Origin: Takakia lepidozioides
Taxonomy: Eukaryota; Plantae; Bryophyta
NCBI GenBank assembly: GCA_030704615.1
Contig: CM060732.1
Location: forward strand, 44,268,001 to 44,332,000
Direction of reading: 5' to 3'
DNA length: 64,000 bases
A program made the position numbers and the translations under genes. The number at the start of each line of letters is the position of its first letter. Positions within the stretch are counted from its first letter, which is position 1. The notes below the pieces were generated by a model. It worked only from the letters and a program-made list of their open reading frames with translations, did no database searches and was not told where the DNA came from. Below are positions 1 to 11,800 of the stretch, piece by piece.

Positions 1-26
1 CTCACCTACCCTCTCTCACGGCTACG

Positions 27-347
27 ATGGAGCGTCTCGGAAGGCTGCTAGCAAGAGGTGAGAGTGGCTATGGCAGTCCGAGGATTTGTTGCATTGTCAC
101 AGACTTTACACAGCCAGCTCGGGTCTTTAGCACGGGGGTGGCAGCTCAAGGAAATTTGGATGGGGAGACAATCTCTGAAGGTAAAAAGGCCCCAGAAGAG
201 AACAGGAGCATTAAAACACCCTGGGTGTTGAAGCTGAATCCACTCACACGGCAACTGGCCGACAAAGTGGGCTCTCTGGTGACTACTCAGTACACTTCAG
301 ACGTCTTTGAAAGGAACGTGATTCCGAAGGCTTTCGCTGTTGTTCAG
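27..347 (+). CDS. First coding exon with mitochondrial-targeting-like N-terminus (shared leader exon)
   Basis: ATG at 27. MERLGRLLARG...PARVFST is Arg-rich at the start with an R-x-F-S cleavage-like motif. Donor CAG|GTTCGC at 347/348, phase 0 after 107 codons. Confidence 0.6.
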
Positions 348-1346
348 GTTCGCTCTCACTCCATACTTATTCGCCATGTTATGTGATGGTGTATCTCCTC
401 GGGGAGGGGGGTGGGAAGAGAAAGAGAGAGTGAGAAGGAGACGATTGTAGTCACCCGAAAACTGGGAGGTTGCCGGCCTTCCCCGCAATGCATGATGATA
501 TTTCGCTATCCGCTTTCTTTCATGATTTTCGTCTTCCTGTGTTCCGTTGCTGCATATCTCTCGGATGGAAGCATCTCAGCATGGGCAAATGGGAGGCATT
601 CAGCTTGCTGCGAGTGCAGATTTAAGGTGTCTAGAGTTGGCATGGACATTTGGAGGTGGGCTTAAAGGTTATGGACTAAGGCCCCAATGTTGAACTTCCC
701 ATAATTTGAACATCCTCATTTTGCTGTTCAGAATTCTTCGGGAAGGAACTGTGCTACAATTGTTCTATCCTCCCTTAAGGTGCACATGTTGGTGAAGTCA
801 ACCTTGACATGTGTTCCATCTGTCACTTGTCACAAGGCACATGCTTTTGTTGTGGGTATTTTGCAGAAGTGGATTTAGTTCTCTATGTGGGACTGATTTG
901 GGGCATCTGAAAATTCTCTGGGTGTACGATGCAGTGATGGCAATAGCATAGGAAGTGGGTTTTGACTGGGTGCAACACTTTTGTTGTCCTTTTGAAGAAT
1001 ACATTCTGACCACAGCTAACCAAATGGTCGTGAGTGCAGAAAGAGATTTGCTGCAGAATACTTATTTTAGTTGGGGTACTTAAAAACTGGTGACTGGTAT
1101 TGGGTGAGCCATGGTTGTAGCCAGATTATCTTGGCTCAACCAAAAAAGAAACTATTTACAGCTCTAGTAGAAGACTGCAAAAAATGGGACTGCAAAAGGA
1201 CAGACAGTGAATGTTGGTGTGAACTCTCTATGCAATCTGTTAGATCTTAAAAATGCTTCTCCTCCTTCTGTGGGGTGTCATGTGAGCATGTTTTTCTCGG
1301 TACATATAGAGGGTTTCTTTATTAGTGGAGAGGGTTTTGTATTCAG

Positions 1347-2447
1347 TTTATGGATACCGGCTGTCTAACAGGGGCACCTTGCATGCAGGACGATGGAAAC
1401 AGATGTGAAGCAGCCCTGGCAGAAGATGCTGAGCCACAACCAGACCCAGATGGGCACTGGAGCAGCTCCTTTGAGGCTCAGTCAATTGATCATGCAAAGT
1501 GCCTACATGCGCGAGTACTTGCCTTCCGCAGAATGAGTACTTGTACTATGTGGGATAGAGAAGGGGAACCCTGCATTGAAAAGCACACGGACTCCCTGCC
1601 CATGGAGGAGTCAGCCAATCTACAAACCAATAAAAATCCAGAGGGAACTCTTGATGGGGATCATAAACTGTTTGTGAGGCGAGGCTCCAATTTGTGTCCT
1701 CCCACTAGAACACATAAGGATGACCTTGGTGGTTTAGAGATGGATAGAAGTGAGGCTGGATTTGAGGCTGCGGTATGTCAAACAGGGAATATGCACCCGG
1801 ACGATGATGGAAAATATCGGAAGATTATGGAGGTAGTTGCTGACCCTTATGTGCTCATAGCAGCATATGAAAGAATAAAATCAGATATTGGGAAGACAGG
1901 CATACATGGAAATTGGTTTGAGAGTACGGCTGAACAGTTGCTCGCAGGAACATATTCATTCAAATCCCTGAGGAATGACAGCATCCCGAAACCAGGAGAA
2001 GCTAGGGACACCAGACACAGTCTTGTCATAAGCCCTGGGGACCAGATAGTACAAGAAGCGGTCAGAGCCGTTATAGCGAGGATATATGAGTCAACAGATG
2101 GAGAGGATCCAGAGGGGCTCGGGGCAGGCACCTCCTGCCATTCGGCACTAAGAACCATAAAGTCTACATGGAAAGGAATAAACTGGTTTGTTCAATTTGA
2201 GATTCAGAAGTCTGACCACACCTTAGTTCAGAAAAGGCTTATAGGCCTTCTTTCACGGAAGATAGCAGATCAACGCATTTTGGATCTGTTGGTGCAGATG
2301 TTCGATGCAGGTAAATTAAGTGTGGGAAGACCTCCAAACGATGAGATAGCACAAGGAAGTGTCCTGGCACCTCTTTTGGGCGACATCTACTTCCAGCAAT
2401 TGGATGAGGAAATAGACCGAATCAAAAGGGAGTTTGACAGAAACTAA
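1347..2447 (+). CDS. Nuclear-encoded group II intron maturase-like exon (RT0-RT4 only; no YADD, no domain X)
   Basis: Open 365-aa frame with LIAAYERIKS, IPKPG, DQIVQEAVRAVIARIYE, CHSALRTIK..W..INWF and QGSVLAPLLGDIYFQQLDEEI, typical of mitochondrial-lineage maturases (MatR/nMAT). Acceptor TTCAG|TTT at 1346/1347, phase 0. Confidence 0.8.
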   Translation, partial: FMDTGCLTGAPCMQDDGNRCEAALAEDAEPQPDPDGHWSSSFEAQSIDHAKCLHARVLAFRRMSTCTMWDREGEPCIEKHTDSLPMEESANLQTNKNPEGTLDGDHKLFVRRGSNLCPPTRTHKDDLGGLEMDRSEAGFEAAVCQTGNMHPDDDGKYRKIMEVVADPYVLIAAYERIKSDIGKTGIHGNWFESTAEQLLAGTYSFKSLRNDSIPKPGEARDTRHSLVISPGDQIVQEAVRAVIARIYESTDGEDPEGLGAGTSCHSALRTIKSTWKGINWFVQFEIQKSDHTLVQKRLIGLLSRKIADQRILDLLVQMFDAGKLSVGRPPNDEIAQGSVLAPLLGDIYFQQLDEEIDRIKREFDRN

Positions 2448-2548
2448 GAAAGGTCACAGAGTACAGTGTGAAATGGGCCAGTCTTGCATTTACAAGGCCG
2501 CTCTGCAAGCTTAATGCTTATGTGGTGACAGGAGTCATTCCCTATTAG

Positions 2549-2791
2549 GCAACCAACCATGACCAGTTGATAGCCGCCTTGGATAGGGTGCTGTTTGCAT
2601 TATTGCTGCTACAAATAGCCCTATTCATTTTCTTCTGGACACAAGTCCTTCGGAGAAGGATGCTTGACATCTTCGACATCAGTGAGGGGGAAGACAATTA
2701 CAGGCTGCTGGAGCTCATTCCTGTGGTGATTGTGGGCCTGACGAGTTGTGTTGGGAACCAGATAATGGCAAGATTGTGGTGGCTGGCTTAA
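2549..2791 (+). CDS. Putative terminal exon encoding two transmembrane helices (possible host-gene exon)
   Basis: Acceptor ATTAG|GCA at 2548/2549, phase 0. Encodes ATNHDQLIAALDRVLFALLLLQIALFIFFW...LIPVVIVGLTSCVG...WWLA*. No in-frame ATG precedes the first helix. Confidence 0.5.
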   Translation, partial: ATNHDQLIAALDRVLFALLLLQIALFIFFWTQVLRRRMLDIFDISEGEDNYRLLELIPVVIVGLTSCVGNQIMARLWWLA

Positions 2792-5182
2792 GAAGTAAGA
2801 TGGATTATCAGTTTTTGAGCTTGAAAGTTGTTCTTAATGGTGGAAGCTGCTGTGCAGGATTAAACTTCAGTGTTGAAACAAACACATTTTGAGGCATCTC
2901 TTTCAATTCCACACCAATACTCGGAATTTGCCTTTCGTTATAAGTACTTGCAAAGCACGTTCATTACATCGTTGAGTCAACATAGATTGGCAGTGCTTGC
3001 AAAGTCAAGGTTCTAGTTTAGAGATTGTAACTAGAATCTCCATACAACACGACCCTCAAGCGCCCCAGCGACGGGTTGAGGACGTTGGTCCCCCAATACC
3101 ACAGGCCACTCAGGCAAAATTCATGGGGGTGTAGGCATGTTCCAGGTGACCCCACCTAGGGCAGACCATTGGATCTGCCTGTAAATGAGCAGTACTCATG
3201 TGGCTAAGTGGAAACCTTCTGACCCTAACTCGGTGATCTTGCATCCCAGACATCCCTCACTGCACCCCTCAAAGATAAACTTGAGCCTCAGGGGGAGGTT
3301 ACTTCCAAAGAGGTTATTTTCTCCTCTCACTGTTGTTAAGGGGCCTAGTTTATGATCTCACAGGTATTTCCCTTTTTTAAGTAAAAACAAAGAAAAGGTA
3401 AAGTACATGTATGTGTGAATGGATGGAATAAGGAGAGAATATACTTGGGAAACGCAATGATAGGAACCAAGATTCGTGTGAGGCAGGTGGGGATATAGTT
3501 CACGGTACGGAAGATGGTACTGCTGTATGTGTTGCTGCAGCAGAGGACGCGGCTGGTGGTTGGTGGTTGCTCCGCTCTTGCAACCATCGCACCCTTCCGT
3601 GCTGCCCTCTCTCCCTGCGTGCAATCTCGCACCTCGATCCATCGATCCACCTGCGTTGGTGGGTTGCAAGTTATGGGAGGTCTCGGGCATCGTTGAGAGA
3701 CAGACCAGTTTGTGGGTGCTGCTGCATTATTTGCAGCTAATAGTGTTCTGTAGTGTGAAGAAACAGCGGGGCTTCTGTGATCCATTGGGGTACTTGGGCT
3801 GAGGGGGATTTTTCAATTGGGATCATGTGTGGTCTGTCCCTGGTAGGTGTGGTGGTGGATTGGACGTAAATTGTGCACAAGACGTGAAGTGCGCAGGTGG
3901 GCAGGGGTGACTCAACGGCAATCTCGGCAATCTCTTGGGGGCCTCGGACAGAAACATCTTTACGAGCGATGCAGCTGCAACTGAGTAGCGCCCACGTCGG
4001 TCAGCTTCCTCCTTATAGGACCATTCCATCCCTTTTCTTTGGTGGAGTCCGCACACATTCTGCAGTTGAGGATGCCAGGAGCTATTTCAGGAGCACGTTG
4101 CACCACCGTTCTACCCATGGCAATTGGAGGAGGCCACCCCCTCTTACGGCTCAGAGATCGCTGTCTCACACTGTACATTCAGTCTCTGAAACCTGAACTT
4201 TTTATATATGCTATGCAAATTCTCGGACAAGAACTTGTAGGATGATGTGCAGCAGGTTTGAATGAGATCTGTTTGCTGAAGGCTTTAATTCGCTGAGATC
4301 TTGGTAAGCACTGTACTTAGAGCTACAGTGCGGCATTGACCTTAAGTTGCAATGTTCTGTCTGAGATCTAAAATCGTTTACTTGCATGCATTCCACAACT
4401 TGTTGAAAGCTGGTTGGAAACTTACTTGATGAGAGTGCTTCTGAACTCGGACATACGATCTTGGCACTCAGGTGAAGGGTTGCAAAATAAAAGTGATAAC
4501 GAGAGGAAAAATGTCAGTTGAGCATACGTGTGCAGAAGCTTACAATTGTGTTTGATTGATTCGCCAGAGGAACTTCTTGAGGTATAAGAGGGAACGACAG
4601 TATAGAGATGAAAAGTGAGCAGGAAGTCAGAGACAAGCCCCATGAATTTCTTCTGGAGAGCGCTGGATTACTCCATTCTTTCCAAGTTAGTGACACAGAA
4701 ATTATCAGTCTATGTTGTAGCCAGACCTTCAGTAAAAATCCTTATAAGCCAACCAAACAGTCATGAAGAAGGTTTGGGTTGTTATTTATCAGGCTTTCCT
4801 TGCTTCTTGAAGGGGACAAGGCATCTACAATTTGTCATTTTGTCACTTTGGCTTTTACTTGAACTTTGCTCGATCTATTGCAAGGCATTATCACTTTTAC
4901 ACCTTGGAAGGGTTAGTTTTCTTCACAGCACAAATTGAGTTTCACAATAATGTTTATTCTAGCAACCTACTTGTTTGTTACTGGACTCACCAGAGAGGGG
5001 AGGAAGAGAAAGGAGATAATCAGTAAGCAGGGAATGACCTTGCCTCGTGGTTTGCTGCACTACATAACAACTTCTTGATTCAGAGTGCTGGGAATGTGTT
5101 TTACAGTTGGCCATAACAATTGAAGCAGGCAACTTAGAAGGTTTTGGACTAAGATACCTGTGGTGGTTGTGGGAGCATACAG

Positions 5183-8100
5183 GCTGGGTGCATAGAGACA
5201 GACACAAGGGGCGTGACAGGCCTGTTCAAGTTTCCTGATGAGGCAGTGCCAACAAGTTCTGGTTACCTACCAGTGAGCGATTCTAGCAGCTCTCGACTTT
5301 TTTATGTGTTCTATGAAGCAACCAACACCACTACTGGTCTACCTGACACACCCCTGTTGCTATGGCTGAATGGAGGCCCGGGTTGCTCAAGCCTAATAGG
5401 GTGCTTCTATGAGCTTGGCCCCTGGAGGATCAGCGAAGATGGAAAGCTCCAGCCTAATCAGGCAGCCTGGAATCGCAGGTTCACCTTCATCTACGGCTTG
5501 TTTTAATTAGAAGGCAGCCATATGAAAAATATGTTTGATGGTTTATGGTACAAGATTTCTCTACTGTGGTGCTACTTTGTTGTTCTACTGTGTCCCCATG
5601 GTTCCCCTGGTCCTCCCATGGATGGAGCAAATTCATTGACCTTCTCCTTTTCCTGGAGAAGTTTCTCTGAAGCTTGCACACACACTTTAAGTTGAGATTG
5701 TTTACTTTGAACCAGGGATGGGCTGTCCCTGATCCTTGCATATTTGTCTCTCTTCCTCTCTACCGCATTGCCCCATCCAGAAAGCTTTCTTTTCTCTCAA
5801 TTTATCCCCATGCCCTGCCCTCTTTGTGGCCGTGAAGAAAACTTGTGAGGCTTGCCTAGGACATGGATTTAGAAGGTGGAGGTAGAAATCTCGGCTGATG
5901 AAGATGGACCCCAATAAACAGGTGTGGAGTCTTATTTGTAGACAACCCAGTTGGAACAGGATTCAGTGTGGCAGTGTGCAATGAAGATGTACCTAAGGAC
6001 CAGCATACTGTGGCTGCCCATCTCTACCATGCGTTGCAATTCTTTCTTGCCCAAAACCCAAGCTTCAAGCTACGTCCCCTTTTCTTAGCAGGCGAGAGCT
6101 ATGCAGGAAAGTACATTCCGGCTTTGGCATATTATATTTTGAAGCAAGTCAGCTGCAGTGGTGAACATCCCCTGATCTCACAGTTGGCAGGGATTGCAGT
6201 GGGCAATGGCTTCACAGATCCTCGCATCCAGGTGCTGCAGTATGTTCCAATGTGCTCACTTGGTTCTTTCTTTACCCATGGCGTTGAGGATGCTATCTTC
6301 TATTTGATAACTCAGCCTCATGTGCATTGTATTCTGGAGTCTGTAGGATGGACTGTTTACTTGTCAGTACCAGGAAAAACCAACAACGTACTTCAGGAGA
6401 ATTTGAAAGAGATTCTTGTCCATGACTGAGGTCTAACTGGGTAGCAGCTACCTGCATAAGGCACTCCATCTCTATGGACTATTTGGGTTTGATTTGTTCC
6501 ACTGTGTCCAATGGGCCTTCTGCAGACTTAATGAACTTATCTACTCAATCCCTTTCCACTCTGAAATTAGGTTGTGGTTGATAAAGATAAACAGTGAACT
6601 GGATGGGTTCCACATGTTTCTATATATTGGAGCTGCAACCCATAGTCTCGTCCTTTCACAGTGTAGGCACTGTTATCAGACCCTTTGTATTTCATAATGT
6701 GGTATAACTATGTGCTGCTTTAAGTCTGCTTATGATGGTGACAGATAGTGGCTTTCTCTTCCCCTTCATGGGTGATGGACGAGCTCCCGACTCTGGTCTT
6801 TTTTGGAAAAGATTGTCCCTGTTTGTGGTTTTGTTCCGATGCAGTTATCCAGATGGTAGTAGCTGAATGGTTATGGTATCACGCCACATGTTGGAAACAG
6901 GTGCAGGCGCATGCGGAAGTTTCATACTCTCTGGGTCTTCTTGACAAGCAGCAGAGTGCTTGTGTCCAAGACATGGCTCGGGTTGTTGTTGATCTCATTG
7001 ATAAGTTAGTTTCTCTCGCCTTCATGAAATTTCAGACTCTTTGTTCCTATCTGTATATGTCACATTGCCTTAAGATAGGCTGCCGTTCCAAGGCCGACAT
7101 ATCTGGTGCCAATGGACGGTAGGGAGGAGTGGTTGAAAGCGCATGAGATAAGAACGAAGCTGTGTGGATGGATAGAGGAGACCAGTGGCGTTGCAACACT
7201 GCTAGACATACGCCGCTCTGCCAAGTACCACCATCGCGAGGTTTAATCCTTTTTCTTCTCAAGGTGTTTTTTTAGTTTTCAGTTATGGACTGAAGTTTGA
7301 AGTGGAGGGTCCAAACCCGGGCCTTTCTTCCAGACTGTTCCTCCCTCCTATCTGTTTTTAGACTCCAGCTTGTTGAATTGAGAGCTTGACTAACAAGGAG
7401 AGAATATGTGGCTCTATAGTATGAGGTGCCATAAACATGGTATGTGAGTCTGCGATAGAGTCTGTGCATCCTTAGTTCCAGCATGGCTGTGTAGGACAAG
7501 GAATGACATATTTGTGTTGCCAACATTAAAGGATGGCACTGAGTATTTGGCACCCTTCCTCAACTCGGCTAGTGTGAAAGCCACTCTCAAGGTGGATGAG
7601 GCTGCTGATGATTGGGTGAGCTGCCGCCCCTCCATTCGCAGCTTGTTGGCTCAGGTTGTCTCATCTCTCCTTATTGAATTATGTTTACACAGGCTCATCT
7701 CCCTTCATTAGGCCATATGGGGTACACCAGTTTGCTTCTCAGCTTCATATGCATAGCAAGCACAACAGCAATGCCTGAATTTGCTGAAAGTTTCTTCGTT
7801 ATGGATTAGAGTACTAGTGCCTAGTTCAGCTCATGTACTTCACACAAAGTATGCTGCACTAATAGAGCATGATGACAACCCCAGGTGTTTATCAATTTCC
7901 TGAGGCATCTTATATTGGTCCATATTCAAAGAAGATGAGTTGAAAGGGACACGATTGTGGTTGTGTTGAATGTTAAGGATACAATGAAAAGCAGCAAGTG
8001 GATGGTAGAGGCAGTGCTTAAGGGGGGTTACCCGGTGCTGCTGTACCAAGGCATCTATGATGCCAAAGATGGTGTTGCTGGCTCTGAAAACTGGATGCGC

Positions 8101-8488
8101 ACCCTTGAGTGGGACAATGCTGCCTCATTTTGGGAAGCAAAACGGGAAGTATGGAGGGTGAAGGGCAAGCCAGCAGGATATTGGCGACGGGATAAAAATC
8201 TTGCACACGTGGTGGTGCATGGTGCTGGCCATCAAGTGAGTTCATCTTTTTCTTTGTTACAGCTGGCATAAGAAAACCATTACATTTGGCCTTAATGGTT
8301 GGCAAGTCCTTGCTGTGGAGGTACATTAACATGTTAGTATGCACATTATAGGAGATGCAGTTGGATTGATGGCATATGTTGTGGTGTCTCAGGTGCCAGC
8401 AGATCAGCCAGTTATCTCACAGACCATGATTGAAACATGGATAGAGGAACAACTGAAAGGTGGCAACCATTGCAACAATGACCTTTGA
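5183..8488 (+). CDS. Serine carboxypeptidase-like protein (peptidase S10, SCPL50-like); 5' exon not resolved
   Basis: Exons ~5183-5478, 5922-6231, 6901-7003, ~7122-7239, ~7532-7654, 7978-8235, 8393-8488. Motifs WLNGGPGCSS, FVDNPVGTGFS, GESYAG (Ser), GIYDAKD (Asp), GAGHQVP (His). Confidence 0.92.
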
Positions 8489-8857
8489 CTATATCATAAC
8501 GAGCTTCTCCATGCTAATATCCATAACCATTGAATTGACGACTGTGATAATTTGAACCCCAATTTTGATAAAGTTTGAGAGCAACCATAAATGGCATCCA
8601 TGCTCCAGAAAATTCACTGCAATGACATCCTCAAGGGCTCCAAGTCTGTGCCTACATGACTTCAAAAATTGCAACGTAGCTCACAAAAAGGATCATGGTT
8701 TCCCGCTATCAGAGTGATCGGCGCAATTGAATTTAGTCTTGGTGGTGGTACATACATTCTCACACTGGCTCAACATACATGATAGTTGTTGTGGAACCTA
8801 ATACCTTGCATGGCTTAGCTTAAGCTGCCCATGTTCTAATGAAGCTGTTTTGAACCT

Positions 8858-11800
8858 CTATGATTGCCTGCGACGATAAAGGCCATCTCGAAACTCCAAC
8901 TTCTCTTCAGAAACCAGTCTTCCAAGGAAGCCTTGTAGCTGCTGCAGTGTCTTATCATACGGCGGATCCGATACAAACATCTGCAATCCTCACCCACAAA
9001 GAAAAGAAAGGAAAGGTTGGTGAAAAAGGTCATATTCCTGGCCACTCTTACAAAGGTGGAGGTACCTGCAGCCAGCAAGGCCTGCCCAGACATCTGCTAC
9101 GTAGTCAGACCTACCTAACCATTCAATGATTTCCAGGTGGAGCTCAGAGCTGTCTATGAGGAAAAGTATCACGTACTTTCAGCATATTGTGGATGCGGTC
9201 CAATGGCAAGGAGTCAAAGTTGGTCAACATGCCCACCACATATGACTGCAAACCCACCCACCAAGCTCAGTGTCCAGCTCACTTCATTTCCACTTGACAT
9301 TCTCACTAGAAGTCACAAAAGGAGTCAACAACCTGCTGTAGACAAGTGTCAGCTAACTGTCCAAGGGAAGGGCTGCTCAAGATAGTGATTTCAAGAGAAG
9401 ATGAGATGTAGCCTGATCACCACAGGCTAGTATGCACAGGAAGATGAGAGAGAAACCTCATAAACGTTCATCTCTTGCTGCCACTGGTCTTCCATAGATG
9501 CAACTGCACTCTCTCCTTCCTCCTCGCCCAGCAAAGGCAGGGCTGCATCAGTAGCAGGCAAAGCACCGCCTGCGCTTCGAGTTCCAGCATCACCCATGGT
9601 CTCCACTATGGTGTAAACTATTTCCCCATCTCTTATAGCATGTGACTCAAGAAGAACTCCCTGTAACAAAGACCACCTTTTCATCAACAAGCATTTACTG
9701 ACACAAGCGATAGATTGGCTGGTACTGTGCACAGTGTTTGGCCAATTGTCCAACCACTAAATGGTGCCCAGCCAAATGAAGGATACAGGCAGCTTCTCCA
9801 CACATTATGTACAATATTAGATTAGACTAGCGTATTCAACCCATCCCTTCCATTATGTAAATTGTGCACACGGCAGTTCAAGAACAATGAGCCTCATGGT
9901 CCACCTGCCACCTTCTGTAATTGATATACTGAGCTTTGCTTCATATCAAGGGAGTGCGAGAGAGAAACAGTCTACTAAAGGTGTGCACCTGGTTAACCCA
10001 AAGCATGATACGCCTGCGCAGGGTAGGCACCAGAACGCCAACTGCTTCGGCTAGCTGTGTTGCTGTCCACCTGCCATGCTTACCCCAATAAAAACCATGC
10101 CAATGCATTGTGGAGACCCCAAATATCCCATGGTCAGCTTGCTACAAGCATGCCCATCAAAACCTTGCAATGCACCTCGTAGTAGGAAGAGGTCTAGTTG
10201 AATACAGTAATTTTCTAGTCCTAATGTAAGAATCCACGTCACAGTTCCATTCAGAGTTCAACTAACAAGTGACAAGGTGCTGTCAAACCATTAGGTACCA
10301 GCCTTGTTTGCACAGACTGCATAGGATCCATGCCTAACAGCACAGGTGGTCTTATAGTCCCACCCAAAAGATGTCTCACTATATTTGGCATCGTATCTAC
10401 ATGATTCAACCCTAAGCCAAAACTAAGCAATGCTTGGCATGCCTTCTTCCATGAGGATACACTGTCACTCTATTCTGACCATCAGAGGGGTCAACTCTGA
10501 GGTTAAGAAAACCATGCTTTGTCGCGTTATTAGACCTGCCTTGGAGTACGGATCTGCTATATGGGTTGATAACTCCAACCAGGCTAAGTCTCTAGAATCC
10601 ATTCAAGTGGGGGTGCTTAAGGAGTGTATGTCAGCATGCTCCAAAACAGCCAATGTGGCTGTTCGGGGTGAGTTTGGCATTCCATCCTTAAGCTCCCGAC
10701 GAGATGAATTCAAGGTCAGATGGTGGGGTCAGCTGCAACATATGCCCAACACCAGATATCCTAAGTTAATCGACTCTATATCTTGGAAACAGGACCGCCC
10801 TGTCAAACAGGCTAAGTCCTGGCAGAAGAGAGTAGAAGAGATTCTCAAGGACGTGGACCTGGATCCGCAAGTCTTGACCCTGCTGGATAAATCTGACTTA
10901 AGAGGCTGTAGTGTCCAAAGCCATGTCTGTTGCCATGAGATTGTCTGATGACAATGAAGTTAGGCAGAAAACTTCCCTGAACTTGTTTCCAGTCAGTGAC
11001 ATGGGGGAGGACATCTTGGATGACCTCAAGGGTCTACCCACTCTCGGCACTAGACTAAAATTTAAACTCAGGGCAGGAAGCCTACCTTTGAACAGCAAAC
11101 AGAAGCAGAGAGGAAAGGGAGAGTGCAATTGCCCGTTGTGTGGGCAATCTGAAGACAGTATTCATTTTCTGATACACTGTCCGGGGTTCTCTCACCAAAG
11201 AGACGCTCTCTTCAACTCTATCAAGGGAATTGTGCCTGTACCCCTGTTTACCAATTTTGAAAGTCTCGAGGCTGAGCCAAAAGCCCAGGCCCTCCTGAGG
11301 CCTAGTTTTTGGGCAAATCACACACAGCAGATTGATTCTTGTGTGAAGGGATTTCTAGAGGATATCTGGAAAACCCGGATTAATTCTTTATATGAAGGTA
11401 AGTCTTACTACCAACGTCAGCCCCTGACAGAGGTAGGTTCTGTTCCTTTTGTTCCCGCTCAAACTGGGCACGGGGTCAATGGCCACAAGGCTACGGCAAA
11501 CAACGTCTTATGAGTACACTCTATTCTGACCATCGACAGGTATCCCACATGTGCCTGTATACCACGAGCTTTGCAAAGTGGTGTAAGACGGGATCCAGGG
11601 AAGAGGAGAAAGAGCACCTTGGCTGTTTTTCAAATTGCATAATTATAGCTGCATGTATCGGCGACACCACAAACTGGGCAGACCGATCCTCAAATTGCAG
11701 CTCCAACTGATGACCATCACAAGATGCATGTGAGCCAATGCGGCAAATCAGGACACCGGTACCAACTCCTCCAGCAACCACTCTCACTTCCTCCAGGCAC

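Noticed and set aside
560-950. Additional small exons between exon 1 and the maturase exon
   Set aside because: AG/GT pairs exist, but I found no convincing frame-consistent chain. Unresolved without transcripts.
348-2548. Intact self-splicing group II intron around the maturase ORF
   Set aside because: No GUGYG 5' end or domain V hairpin is recognisable; boundaries are spliceosomal GT-AG.
3044-3336. Hairpin-rich segment with short ACAACA/TGTTGT ends (possible MITE or ncRNA)
   Set aside because: The inverted ends are too short, and there is no TSD or second copy in the window.
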